Source: Octopus vulgaris
Lineage: Eukaryota
DNA length: 64,000 nucleotides
NCBI GenBank assembly: GCA_951406725.2
Contig: OX597840.1
Span: 30,442,001-30,506,000 of the forward strand
Direction of reading: 5' to 3'
Made by a program: the position numbers and the translations under genes
Notes under the pieces: model-generated
Seen by the model: only the letters and a program-made list of their open reading frames with translations
Told to the model about the DNA's origin: nothing
Database searches by the model: none
Part shown: one piece after another, positions 1-12,228 of the stretch
Layout of the letters: every line of letters starts with the position of its first letter
Numbering within the stretch: the stretch's first letter is position 1

Positions 1-223
1 GTGAACCAGATGGCTGCACCAGGCTCCAATCCGATCTGGCAGAGTTTCTACAGCTGGATGCCCTTCCTAATGCCAACCACTCCAAGAGTATAGTGGGTGC
101 TTTTACATGCCACCAGCATGAGGGCCAGTTAGGCGTTACTGGCAACGACCCATCCATAAATTTTTATGGTAAATATATGTATGCTGGCAGATGGAATTAG
201 CTGACCCTCACCTGTTTGAGCAG

Positions 224-274
224 TCACCACTGACAATGCCTAAGGTATAGGCGAAACCAGGCCTAGTCTGGTGA
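224..274 (+). ncRNA. Type I hammerhead-ribozyme-like motif in a probable Penelope-like repeat
   Basis: tcacca-CTGACAA-t-GCCTA-aggta-TAGGC-GAAAC-caggccta-GTC-tggtga: 6-bp stem I, 5-bp stem II, near-palindromic stem III, GUC cleavage triplet. G8 is changed to A. Confidence 0.7.
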
Positions 275-463
275 TCCTTGAGATGGTCATGGGACACTTA
301 CCACCCTTGTCAGTATATGTATATATTTGCCCTCTTCTTATAGCCTTTTAGTATTTTAACTCTTATTTCTTGCAATGTAGGTGCTTTGGCACTCTTAGTC
401 GCACTTAGTGACAATTAAAGTTTACCTTTATGGTATCACATTATATCCAGCTGTTTATATTAA

Positions 464-857
464 TCTATATATATAAAGCTGAAGTTGTCTGTGTGTGGCA
501 GGTTTGGTAGCCTTCAACTAACACTATCTCCTCCGAGACCCTGCGGCACAAGTTGACCAAAATTGAGAGTATGATAGAAGAAGGCTTGCTCTTCATTCCG
601 TAGAAGATAAAATTCAAATCGGACCATGTTAACACCAAAAATTACTTACATCAAAAAGGTGCTTTTTTTCTATGAAAATCCCTATTTTTTACGAATTTTT
701 GACTGACTGCTGTGTCGCCACTTTTCGGTGTATTTCAACCAGAAAAATGTTCACTTAAAGAGAATAACAAGCTACATAATGCAAAATTTTTACTTTTCAA
801 AAATTCCAATTCTAAAGGGTCGAAACAAACCCGAGCAACGCCGGGCGATACTGCTAG
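464..857 (+). mobile_element. Non-autonomous Helitron
   Basis: Starts TC(TATATATATAAA) after an A; ends with hairpin cccgagcaacgccggg and CTAG followed by T; no TSD. Confidence 0.8.
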
Positions 858-1269
858 TTTATGTATAACATTGCTATTATGAAAGTGTCCTAAGTCCAAA
901 ATGTTGCTTTTTCAGAAAATGAAAAAATAGTTTGACTATTCCATAGCAAAACCATTGTACTATACTTTGACAAGTTTTGACATCTTGGCATCTGAAGCAG
1001 CTGGAGATGCGATAGTTTGAGCAAAAGAACCGGCTATTACAAGCAAAAATAGATTTTGAAAGAAATGCATTTGGCCAAATGCATTTGCCCCAATGAAAGG
1101 AACACAGTACACTTTGTAAAGTGATTGGCATTCGGAAGGGCATCCAGCCATCAAAAATGTGCCAAAACAGATGATGAATATGGTGTAGTTCTTTGGCTCA
1201 CCAGCCTATGTCATAATGTCGGACAGATGCCACCATGCAAAAAACAGATGTTGTAGTTGATGAAGATAA

Positions 1270-1422
1270 TGGTGGTGGTGGTGATGATGATGATGATGAT
1301 GACGATGACGATGATGGCAATGACAATGATGACGATGTTGATGATGATGATGATGATGATGATGATGACAATGACGATGATGACTATGTTGATGATGATG
1401 ATGATGACAATGATGGTGATTG

Positions 1423-1460
<38 letters not shown>

Positions 1461-1505
1461 GTGGTGATGATGGTGAGGATGATGATGGTGGTGATGATGA
1501 TGATG
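1270..1505. repeat. (GAT/GGT)n microsatellite
   Basis: Seen directly; explains the poly-His/Asp/Met ORFs at 1206-1633. Confidence 0.95.
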
Positions 1506-2282
1506 CAGCAGCAGCAGGTACAACATGTACTTTCCAGACACTTATGGTACAGAATTCTGCCCAAATTTACATGCAGAATTTTCTAATTCTTGCAACCAGC
1601 AGACTAATTAATTTGCCTGGCATTGTACTCTAAGAAGCTTGCCTCCCAACCACATGGTTCTGGGTTCAGTCCCACTGTGTGGCACCTTGGGACAAGTGTC
1701 TTTTACTATAGCCTCGGGGTCGACCAAAGCCTTGTGAGTGGATTTGGTAAACGGAAACTGAAAGAACACCATCATGTGTGTGTCTGCCACGCCACCACAT
1801 GACAACTGGCTTATTTACATGCCTGTGACTTAGCAGTTCAGCAGAGAGACTGACAGGATAAGTACCTGGCTTAAAAGCATAGAAGTAAGTTCTGGGGTCA
1901 ATTCATTTTGATTAAAATTTCTTGAAGGTGGTGCTCCAGCATGGCCAATCTAATAACTAAATTAAGTAAAAATTAAGACATAAAGATAAAAGATATAAAC
2001 AAATTGGTATCATTTATACTAATGAACAGCTAATTGTGTTCCATTTAATTATCTCAGTAAATTCGATATTCATTTAATTAAGTGTGTGACACTCCCTGGT
2101 TCAGAAATAAAAAACAAAAAAACTATAGCATAACATTGGAATAGCATTGGAACCAAAGGATCCAAAGGCATTAATGTTGTACTTTTTTTTGTGTGTGTGT
2201 GTGTGTGTGTCTGTGTATATGTATAGCTATACACACACATATATTTTTAATTGTACATATACATACATATATGTATGTATAT

Positions 2283-2318
<36 letters not shown>

Positions 2319-2663
2319 TTTGTTCAAAACAGTTTGTTTGCGATTCCATTCTGTTTAAAGTTTCGAAGCCCTTAACAGGGGTCTTTTCTCAGGTCAGTGA
2401 AAATCCAAATAAATGGGGAGGTACACTTTCTTTCATTTGTCCATTGAAAGAACTTTTTCTTCACCCATTCCCTTCCGGTCATTTCAATATGTGATCGCGT
2501 GTGTATCGTTGGCAATTTTCTTTCTCCGTCTTCACTTCCTTGGACCTTTCCTTTTTCTATGTTTCTGACGAAGAGCTCCGCTTGAAACATCAGGAGAGCA
2601 TCCAATAACACTATACTTGTTCCACGTCCTCATGTTGTGTTTTCTCTTTGTTCCTGTTTAGAT

Positions 2664-2714
<51 letters not shown>

Positions 2715-2717
<3 letters not shown>

Positions 2718-3075
2718 CGCAGGAGTGGCTGTGTGGTAAGTAGCTTGCTAACCAACCACATGGGGGTTCAGTCCCACTGCGTGGCATCTTGGGCAAGTGT
2801 CTTCTGCTATAGCCCCGGGCCAACCAATGCCTTGTGGGTAGATTTGGTAGACGGAAACTGAAAGAAGCCTGTCGTATATATGTATATATATAAGAGTGTG
2901 TGTATATGTTTGTGTGTCTGTGTTTGTCCCCCTAGCATTGCAAAAGAGACCGATAGAATAAGTACTAGGCTTACAAAGATTAAGTCCCGGGGTCGATTTG
3001 CTCAACTAAAGGCGGTGCTCCAGCATAGCCACAGTCAAATGACTGAAACAAGTAAAAGAGTAAAAGAGTAAAGAG
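2715..3075 (+). mobile_element. tRNA-derived SINE family A (representative copy)
   Basis: Head ggcgcaggagtggctgtgtggtaag...ggttcagtcc (A/B-box-like), internal (TA)/(TG) microsatellite, (GTAAAAGA)n tail. Other copies near 5078, 10557, 12437, 23924, 25719, 29640, 30778, 36294 (+) and 13201, 33451, 40605, 51624, 55105, 56470 (-). Confidence 0.85.
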
Positions 3076-3082
3076 TATATAT

Positions 3083-3315
3083 TAAGGCGGCGAGCTGGCA
3101 GAAACGTTAGCATGCCAGGCGAAACACATAGCCATATTTCGTCTGCCGTTATGTTCTGAGTTCAAATTCCACCGATGTCAACTTTGCCTTTCATCCTTTC
3201 AGGGTCGATAAATTAGGTACCAGTTACACACTGGGGTCGATGTAATCGACTTAATCCCTTTGTCTCTCCTTGTTTGTCCCCACTGTGTTTAGCCCCTTGT
3301 GGGTAGTAAAGAAAT
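3083..3315 (+). mobile_element. SINE family B (about 235 bp, representative copy)
   Basis: aaggcggcgagctggcagaa...gagttcaaatt...gcctttcatcctttc..ggtcgataaatt...gtaaagaaata. Other copies near 18267, 34744, 35521, 37257, 50635, 52936, 54520 (-) and 58345 (+). Confidence 0.85.
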
Positions 3316-3801
3316 ATCAATCTATCTATCTATATACATGTGTGTGTTCTTAAACATACACATACACACATGTGTGTGTGTTCTTAAACATCTGTTGCTG
3401 CAATATAACTTCTAGGAGAATTCTCATTGAAAACATAAGACGTATGGCATCACAACCACAGGGAACTTCAAAGCTAGCTTTATTGAGCAGCTGCTAACAC
3501 AAAATCTGAAGTTAGTTCTACTTTGCCTTACTATTGTACATAACCAAATAGATTTTACCCCCTCTAGCAGGCGATTTGGTGTCATTTGGTGTCTCTTTTA
3601 ATTACTTTACATGTATATTATATCCTTGCACCTCCATCTTGGCAGTGTTGATGCCCTAAATCCACCAGGCACAATTACAATAATTGCTATTCATAATGAA
3701 ATTATGAAAACAAGCTAAATTAATGCAGGCAGTTAACATAAACTTATAGAAAATTGCTTACGGTACCTCAGCAGTGAAATCATATTATCACATTATACAT
3801 A

Positions 3802-4186
3802 GGGAAGCACTCCGTCGGTTACGACGATGAGGGTTCCAGTTGATCCGAATCAACGGAACAGCCTGCTCGTGAAATTAATGTGTAAGTGGCTGAGCACTCC
3901 ACAGACATGTGCACCCTTAACGTAGATCTCGGGGATATTCAGCGTGACACAGAGAGTGACAAGGCCGGCCCCTTGAAATACAGGTACAACAGAAACAGGA
4001 AGTAAGAGTGAGAGAAAGTTGTGGTGAAAGAGTACAGCAGGGATCACCACCATCCCCTGCCGGAGCCTCGAGGAGCTTTTAGGTGTTTTCGCTCAATAAA
4101 CACTCACAACGCCCGGTCTGGGAATCGAAACCGCGACCCTATGACCGTGAGTCCGCTGCCCTAACCACTGGGCCATTGCACCTCCA
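3802..4186 (-). mobile_element. tRNA-derived SINE family C, full length with TSD
   Basis: tRNA-like head (tggcccagtggttagggcagcggac...ggtttcgattccc on the - strand); 13-bp direct repeat cacattatacata at 3789-3801 and 4187-4199. May correspond to the octopus OR-type SINEs (unverified). Confidence 0.88.
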
Positions 4187-4713
4187 CACATTATACATAA
4201 CCTTCCTCAGCATACATAACCCAAAACTGAAATGTCTTACATTATTTAGGAGCTGTGTTACCTTTAAGAAATATTTGTGTATTATCTACATCAGGGATTC
4301 TAAACGTGGTCAGTACCACCCCTAAGGGAGCATTAGGTTTGAGGTCGTGGTGAGGTAACACTTATTTTATCGACCTCAAAAGAGGAATACTTAAGTAGAG
4401 CTGTAAAAGCAGAGATCCAAGTACCAGTTAAGTACTGGGGTCGGTATATAATAATAATAATAATAATAATACTCTTTACTCTTTTACTTGTTTCAGTCAT
4501 TTGACTGCGGCCATGCTGGAGCACCGCCTTTAGTCGAGCAACTCGACCCCGGGACTTATTCTTTTGTAAGCCCAGTACTTATTCTATCGGTTCGGCAAAA
4601 GAGACCGATAGAATAAGTACTGGGCTTACAAAGAATAAGTTCTGGGGTCGAGTTACTCGATTAAAGGTGGTGCTTCAGCATGGCCGCAGTCAAATGACGT
4701 TTATATCGATTGG

Positions 4714-4781
<68 letters not shown>

Positions 4782-5240
4782 CGACCCCAGTACTTAACTG
4801 GTACTTATTTTATCGACCTCAAAAGAGGAATACTTATGTAGAGTGGAGTGAAGCAAAGAAGACAAAATCCAGAGTTAAGAATGGTTGTTGATGGTCTCTG
4901 CTCCTTAGGGAATTTAGGGGATTAAGTAACAAATTCTATCACGACCATTCATGTCAGTTGTCTGGTTTGAAAATAATTTTTGCTCTTTGTTGATTCCTCT
5001 CAGCAGTTTTAGAAAAACATGTTGTCAGCAACGAGCTTCCTCTTTGAGCCAAGTTATGTCAAAAAATAAATCAGAGAGGAGCAGGAGTGGCTGTGTGGTA
5101 AGTAGCTTGCTAACCAACCACATGTTTCCGGGTTCAGTACCACTGCGTGGCACCTTGGGCAAGTGTCTTCTGCTATAGCCCCGGGCCGACCAATGCCTTG
5201 TGAGTGGATTTGGTAGACGGAAACTGAAAGAAGCCTGTCG

Positions 5241-5275
<35 letters not shown>

Positions 5276-5958
5276 ATATGTTTGTGTGCCTGTGTTTGTC
5301 CCCCTAGCATTGCTTGACAGCCGATGCTGGTGTGTTTACGTCCCCGTCACTTAGCAGTTCGGCAAAAGAGACCGATAGAATAAGTACTGGGCTTACAAAA
5401 GAATAAGTCCCGGGGTTGATTTTCTCGACTAAAGGCGGTGCTCCAGCATGGCCGCAGTCAAATGACTGAAACAAGTAAAAGAGTAAAAGAGTAAAGAGAG
5501 AGATATCCTTTTTTTGACAAAGAACAGTATTTGAAATCTTACCCAACTTTCACCCCTGGGTGTATTACTCTCTTTGCTCCAGTCAACCAAGCTGAAAATT
5601 AAGAATCACTCTTACTTCACGCTCTACCGATTACTGATAGAACGAACATCTAGTTCGAAAACAAGAGAAATAGAAAAAAATCTGTACCAATAATTTATGT
5701 ACAAATATCAAAAACATTCTGAAGAATCTGCTCAATTCCAAGTAGTTCATAGAATTTGGTTAGGAATGCTAGAAAACAATGCTTTCAATAACAGGGTGAA
5801 TGCAGGGCAGCTGTAAAAGTTGAATGAACTCACGGTATATATACATACATATATATATATACATACATATATATATATATATAAAATAACAATTTAATAA
5901 ATAAAACATATGCATACATGCATCCATATATGTACATACCTACATTTATATGTATATA

Positions 5959-6336
5959 CACTTGCGTCAGAAATTAATTAGCACTTCTCAAATTTCTACA
6001 TTAAATAGGTTAAATCAATTAACCTTATGAGCTGTTCAAAACGACTTACGCGATGAGAAAACTTAGTATGGTGTGATTTCGGTCCTTGCGAGGCGCTACC
6101 TATATCTATTAAACAAAGGAAGATTTGTCTGCATCCGCACTCCAAGTTGTTGCACTGCTATGTCAACATCATAAGGCTGTAGACTCTCAAACTGCTCTAC
6201 AAACAAAGTTACGTCATCGTTCTGCGCAACAGTGAACTCGCAACAAAGCAATAGTTCGAGATATGGCCACTAGGTGACAGCACATACCTTGAGTGAAGAG
6301 CAAATCAAGGGTGCTAATTAATTTCTGACGCTAGTG
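5959..6336. mobile_element. Tc1/mariner-type MITE, copy 1
   Basis: TIR cacttgcgtcagaaattaattagcac / gtgctaattaatttctgacgctagtg with TA on both sides; near-identical copy at 40865-41241. Confidence 0.88.
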
Positions 6337-6969
6337 TATACATGCATATATGAGTACAGGACACCACACAAAAACGTAGAACACAACGAGAAATGAAAAC
6401 ATAAAAACAAAACAAGGAAATGGAAGTTTTTTAACTACGAAAAAACAGAGCACAAGACACACAACACAAGGAACAATCCCCTGTTTCGACTTATTGCATG
6501 TTAGGCACAACCACATGGTTCTGGGTTCAGTCCCACTGTGTGGCACCTTGGGCAAATGTCTTCTACTATAGCCTCGGGCCGACCAAAGCCTTGTGAGTGG
6601 ATTTGGTAGACGGAAACTGAAAGAAGCCTGTTGTATATACATATGTGTGTGTGTGTATGTGTGTCTCTTTTTATTATACACATGTGTGTGTGTGTGTCCG
6701 TGCACACGTCTGTGTGTGAAAGAACACCAAAAAGAATCTTTGATCTTTAAACCATTTGCGTTCTTATTTTATGTAAACCACATTCCTGGAACCTTTCCTA
6801 CGTTGGATCTGGAACTTACATTGGATCGTGAAACTGCATTCTGGTGTGCATGGACATATATGAGAATATTTGTGCATGGTATATACACAAATGTGCTGTT
6901 CTCAACCATTGCTAGGTATCCTTCATGTTAAAACGTATCCGTATCCAACGACATATGATTAATGATATA

Positions 6970-7983
6970 TTGGGTTGGCAAGGAAGTAATTTCCTTTTAC
7001 ACCAATAGAATTACAATTCTTTTGAATAACTTTTGCCAATGTTATGATTTTTTCCTTTTAACATTTGATAGCCGTTACTTTTAGCTCACTTTAGAAGCAA
7101 ACTGCATGTAATTTTGTTTACAGCTGTTATTTCAGTATCATTTTAACACGGAGTGCAAAAACAAACATTTTTTCCATATTTTCATTTTTTTATTTCTACA
7201 AAGTCAAAAAAAGCTGCTGGGGCTCACAAAGGGGAATGTGAAGTTTATGGTGTTGATTGTTTAACAGAACGCACATGTCAGAAATTGGTTTAAAAATTCC
7301 GTTCTGGAGATTTTTTACTCAAAGATGACCACCATTCTGGTCGGCTTATTGAAGTTGATGATAACCGGATCATAGCCATAACTGAATCTGATTGTCATAT
7401 AACGGAGTGAAAGATTGCAGAGAAGTTAAATGTTTCACACACAACAATTGAAAATCACTTAAAATGTCTTGGACTCATTAAGAAGCTCAATATTTGGGTT
7501 CCACATAAATGGAAAGAGATTCACTTAACACAACAAATCAGTATTTGTGATATGCATCTCAAACGCAATGAAATCGACCTTTTTTGTAAGGAATCGTCAC
7601 TGGTGATGAAAAATCGATTGTCTAGAATAACATCAATCGAAAACGATCATAGTCCAAGCATAATGAACCAGCACAAACCATATCGAAATTGCATGAAAAA
7701 AGGTTGTGTTGTCAGTTTGGTGGGATTACAAAGGTGTTGTGTGTTTTGAGCTGCTTCCAAGGAACCAAACGATCAATTCAGATGTTTACTGTCAACAACT
7801 AATGAAACTGGAGGAAGCAATCAAAGAAAAACGGCCAGAATTGGCAAATCGTAAAGGAATCATGCTCCACCATGACAACACTAGACCACACATGTCTTTG
7901 CTAACTCGTGAAAAATTATTGGAGTTTGGTTGGGAACTGATGTCACATCCATCATATAGTCCTGACCTTGCACCATCAGATGG
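6970..7983 (+). pseudogene. Decayed mariner transposon, 3' truncated
   Basis: TA then TIR-like ttgggttggca...aagtaatt; frameshifted transposase motifs WVPH (about 7495), TGDEK (about 7599), VWWDYKGVV, HHDNTRPH and HPSYSPDLAPSD. Confidence 0.92.
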
Positions 7984-8331
7984 ACACTGCTTGTATGACA
8001 GGTGACATTTGATAACACAAACACGCACACACCCAAGCAAGAGGTTTCTTTCATTTTCCATCTACCAAATCCACTGACAAGGCTGTGGTTGGTATTACAT
8101 ATATTCATACCCATGCATTAATTAGTCAATAACTCACACACTACTATTTGTGTGTGTGTGCATATGCAGCTATGGCTGTGGCTAAGTAGTTTACTTCCCA
8201 ACCATATATGGGTCCAGGTTCAGTCCCATGATGTCACCTTGGACAAATGTCTTCTATTACAGTCGTAGGTCAACCAAGCCTTGTGAGTGGTTTTGGTAGA
8301 CAGAAACTGAAAGAAGCCCATCATGAATATA

Positions 8332-9197
8332 CGTGGTCTGATCAATAAATATCCGGACTGTTGCCATAATAACGAAGCGAAAGCCACTTGGCTCAGAATG
8401 ACTTTGAACTCTTCTGTGCATGTACACTAAGTTTTAACGTTCTGGCTCACTTTCGCTGTTTACAGCAGTGCTTGGAAGGAATGTGTGTAGCATGTGATTG
8501 TCACACTGACCATGACAGAAAGCTGAGCAGAGAATCTGCATTAAATTTTGGCAAAAGCTTGGCGATCCCTTTTCAGGGGCCTACACAAAGTTTCATTCTC
8601 AACACCTTCAAGGAGATCTTGTGCAACTGAAACCCGAGTGTCATTTTGGTCAGCTGAAAGCAGTTTTGGCACAATCTTGGCAGACATGCATCTCATACCC
8701 AAATCTTCAGTGATAAAGGACTGAACTGGGCCATAACTAATCTGCACATCCTCTGATAACTCACAGATGTGGATTTAACGATTCCCCTCACAGCTGCATG
8801 CACATCTGCCTTCGATGTTTTTCTCAGTTTTGCTGGTTTTGGATCTCTCAGAACGTTTGTCAATATCAATATTTTTTGGCCACCTTGGAAACGTCTAAAC
8901 CCCTCATACACATGTGTGTGGCTCATACACTCCTCTCCGTACATTTTCTGCAACTTTGCAAAGGCCTCTGAGCAGGTATCGCCATGACAACTTTCACTTT
9001 CAGGATCAATGCACCAATCACACGCTACACACCTTCCTTCCAAGCACTGCTCTACGCAGCAGAAGTGAGCTAGAAGGTTAAAACGTAGTGCACATGTGTA
9101 GCAGAGTTCAAAATCAATCTTTGCCAAGTGGCTTCACTTTGGGTGCTTTAGTTTTCTTACTATGGGAACAGTCCGGATACTTATTGATCAGACCTTG
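8332..9197 (-). mobile_element. Mariner-derived foldback element with transposase N-terminal remnant
   Basis: TIR ggtctgatcaataa.tatccggactg at both ends with TA flanks; inverted similarity extends about 180 bp; - strand AFAKLQKMYGEECMSHTHVYEGFRRFQGG and LGMRCMSAKIVPKLLS resemble the mariner HTH and linker. Confidence 0.85.
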
Positions 9198-9499
9198 TAT
9201 ATATATGTGTGTGTGTGTGTGTGTCTTTGTACTCCACAACTAATTGACAGCTAGTGTTGGTGTGTTTACATCCCCATATCTTAGCACTTCAACAAAAGAA
9301 ACCAATAGAATAAGTACCAGGCTTAAGGAAAAAATGTCCTGTTGTCGATTTGTTAGACTAAAATTCTTCTAGGCAGTGCCCCAGCATGGCCACAATCCAA
9401 CGACAGAAACAACTAAAAGATGAATGATATATATATATATATATATATATACATACATACATACATACATATATACATATATATACATACATATATATG

Positions 9500-9823
9500 T
9501 TGTTATCACTAGACCTAATTCATCGTAAAGTCAATACCACCATGACCGATATCCAATCTACAGTGGAGAAGGCTAGCCACTGGATTTGGTTAAAAAGAGA
9601 CGATGAGCGATGGCTAGAAGAATATTGAACTTTATTTGATAACCAGTTGATCTAGCAAGCGGGGCCTCATATCAGTGAAGGGGGGCCGGTTCGCATTGAT
9701 GCTGTCGAGAGGTAGGCCCCGAAACGGCACACATTCTCTCCTGATGACCCCATACACTTGCTGGCTTCCAGTATGCAGAGCTTTTGACTGGTAGCACTTG
9801 CATGTGCAAGTTGTTTGCAAGAC
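9500..9823 (+). mobile_element. 3' end of a HERO-like (RLE-type) non-LTR retrotransposon
   Basis: 9500-9628 reads LLSLDLIHRKVNTTMTDIQSTVEKASHWIWLKRDDERWLEEY*, matching the recalled E.AS.W.W.KR C-terminus of HERO-clade ORFs; about 195-nt GC-rich UTR; flanked by TA-rich microsatellites. Confidence 0.65.
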
Positions 9824-9840
9824 ATATATATATATATATA

Positions 9841-10420
9841 TAGTAATACCTCACTTTAAGAGAATCTGCTTTACAAGACACCAGAGGTTTATGAGTTTTA
9901 TTTTATAAATTTTTCGAGAACAAGATCCAAATTTTGAACGAAGTGCAAAAGTCTCTACTGCCATTACAAATGCTTCTGCGTGTTACCGAGAAATTTATAG
10001 AGAGCGAAAAAAAAGCTTCTTCAAAGCAAATAGCTCAGACTTAATTTTCCGAAAAAAATCTACAAGTCCATCTACGAATGTTTCTAAATTGGTGGTTGCA
10101 TCTACAAGTGATGGTGTGTGAGAGTCTAACGTGAACGAAAATGATTCAGAAAACAATTATAATAATAATAATAATTTTTATTATAAATGATCCGGACATT
10201 CTTTCTGCATTACATAAAATATTCTTTACAATCTGCTGTTGTTTTATTGGCATTTATTTATGGGAATTATAAATTTTATAGGTAAAATATTTTTCTGGAA
10301 CGAATTATAATTTATAACATTGCTACTATGGGAAATTATTGCTCTGCTTTATGAGTTTTCATTTTACAAGCAGTTTCCAGGAACAAATTAACTATTAACT
10401 TGTATATCGAAGCATTACTC
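9841..10420. mobile_element. Degenerate pogo/Tigger-like MITE
   Basis: Imperfect TIRs agtaatacctc / gaagcattact with TA flanks. Confidence 0.4.
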
Positions 10421-10448
10421 TATGTGTGTGTGTGTATATGTATATATA

Positions 10449-10529
<81 letters not shown>

Positions 10530-11734
10530 ATATATATACGTATATATATATATAAGTGTAGGAGTGGCTGTGTGGTAAGTAGCTTGCTTACGAACCACAT
10601 GGTTCTGGGTATAGTCCAACTGCATGGTGGCACCATGGGCAAGTGTCTTCTACTATAGCCTCGGACCGACCAAAGCCTTGTGAGTGGATTTGGTAGACAG
10701 AAACTGAAAGAAGCCCATCGTATATATGTATATATATATATATGTATGTGTGGGTGTATATGTTTGTGTGTCTGTGTTTGTCCCCCCAACATCACTTGAC
10801 AACCGATGCTGGTGTGTTTACATCCCCGTAACTTAGCGGTTCAGCAAAAGAGACCGATAGAATAAGTACTAAGCTTTCAAAGAATAAGGTTGGGGTCGAT
10901 TTGTACGACTAAAGGTGGTGCTCCAGCATGGCCACAGTGAAATGACTGAAACAAGTAAAAAGAGTAAAAGAGTATATATATATAATATATATCTTCTTTT
11001 ACTCTTTTACTTGTTTCAGTCATTTGACTGTGGCCATGGTGGAGCACCGCCTTTAGTCAAGCAAATCGACCGCAGGACTATATATATAAAGTAGGTGATC
11101 ACATGGTTTATATAGCACACAGTGGCTGTCATAGAGATGAGAGCTTGAATACTAATATTTCCATCTGGGGCTTGTACCTACCTCGGCATCAAAAGCTAGC
11201 CATAAGAACAATACTTAATTAAGGTGTTATGAAGGGACAAAGGCAGATAAGAACACGTGTTCACGCTCCTTTTCTTGAGGGACGTAACGTAACTCATTGA
11301 AACATGCTGTGTTATACACACGATATCATCTGCATATTACATGTGGAAGCATGTAATATGCATATGTTTCAAGCATAAGTTATTGCACTCCCAAAACAGC
11401 TGTCAAGATAAGACGTTACATAATTCCTTTTGTATTCTTTGTTCTTTATTCTCTACTCTGTATTTCGTGTACATAATACGCTTTAAGCCTACCTGGGTTT
11501 ATCTGCTTCCTACCTCTTCATTCTCACTCTCTTTCTCTCTATATATATATATATATTTATACATATGTATATACACATATACACACATGTGTACGTATGT
11601 GTGTGTATGTGTATATATATACACACCACGCACACATACATTGGTATGTTTGTATATATATATATATATACATATGTATGCATATGTATATACATATATA
11701 TATATATATGCATATATATAATGTATATATAATG

Positions 11735-11765
<31 letters not shown>

Positions 11766-11885
11766 GTATGCATATGTATATACATATATATATATATATG
11801 CATATATATAATGTATTTACATATTTTTATATGTATTTATGTATATACATATATATGTACATATGGGTGTTTGTGTGTATCTATG

Positions 11886-11930
<45 letters not shown>

Positions 11931-11976
11931 ATAATATATATATGTTATATGTGTGTGTGTGTGTGTGCATATATAT

Positions 11977-12194
11977 AGAGAAAAGGTGCTCAAAAGATCC
12001 TGGCTTTAAGGGTATTATGAAAGGCCTAGTTATGAGAGCCAACCTTCCACGTTCTTTTACATGACATAGAAAAACTGAAGGATCCCTGCAATAAGTGTGT
12101 GAATCTGAGAGGAGAATATGTTGAATAAAACCATAATTAACTGATCCTCCTCTATTTTCTTTTATGCAAAGTCTGGAACTCTGCAGTAATCCTC

Positions 12195-12196
<2 letters not shown>
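11977..12196 (+). mobile_element. Short mariner derivative
   Basis: Contains aagtgtgtgaatctgagaggagaatatgttgaataa = KCVNLRGEYVE*, a mariner-type C-terminus; degenerate TIRs; lies inside a microsatellite. Confidence 0.6.

Positions 12197-12228
<32 letters not shown>

Noticed and set aside
1206-1633. Poly-His/Asp/Ile/Met ORFs
   Set aside because: Open in several frames only because of a (GAT)n microsatellite; no splice or domain support. Same for 42071-42592, 45027-45877, 57487-58421 and 59979-61711.
9714-9750. Type II hammerhead from GAAAC...CTGATGA
   Set aside because: The strands needed for stem II are both C-rich and cannot pair.
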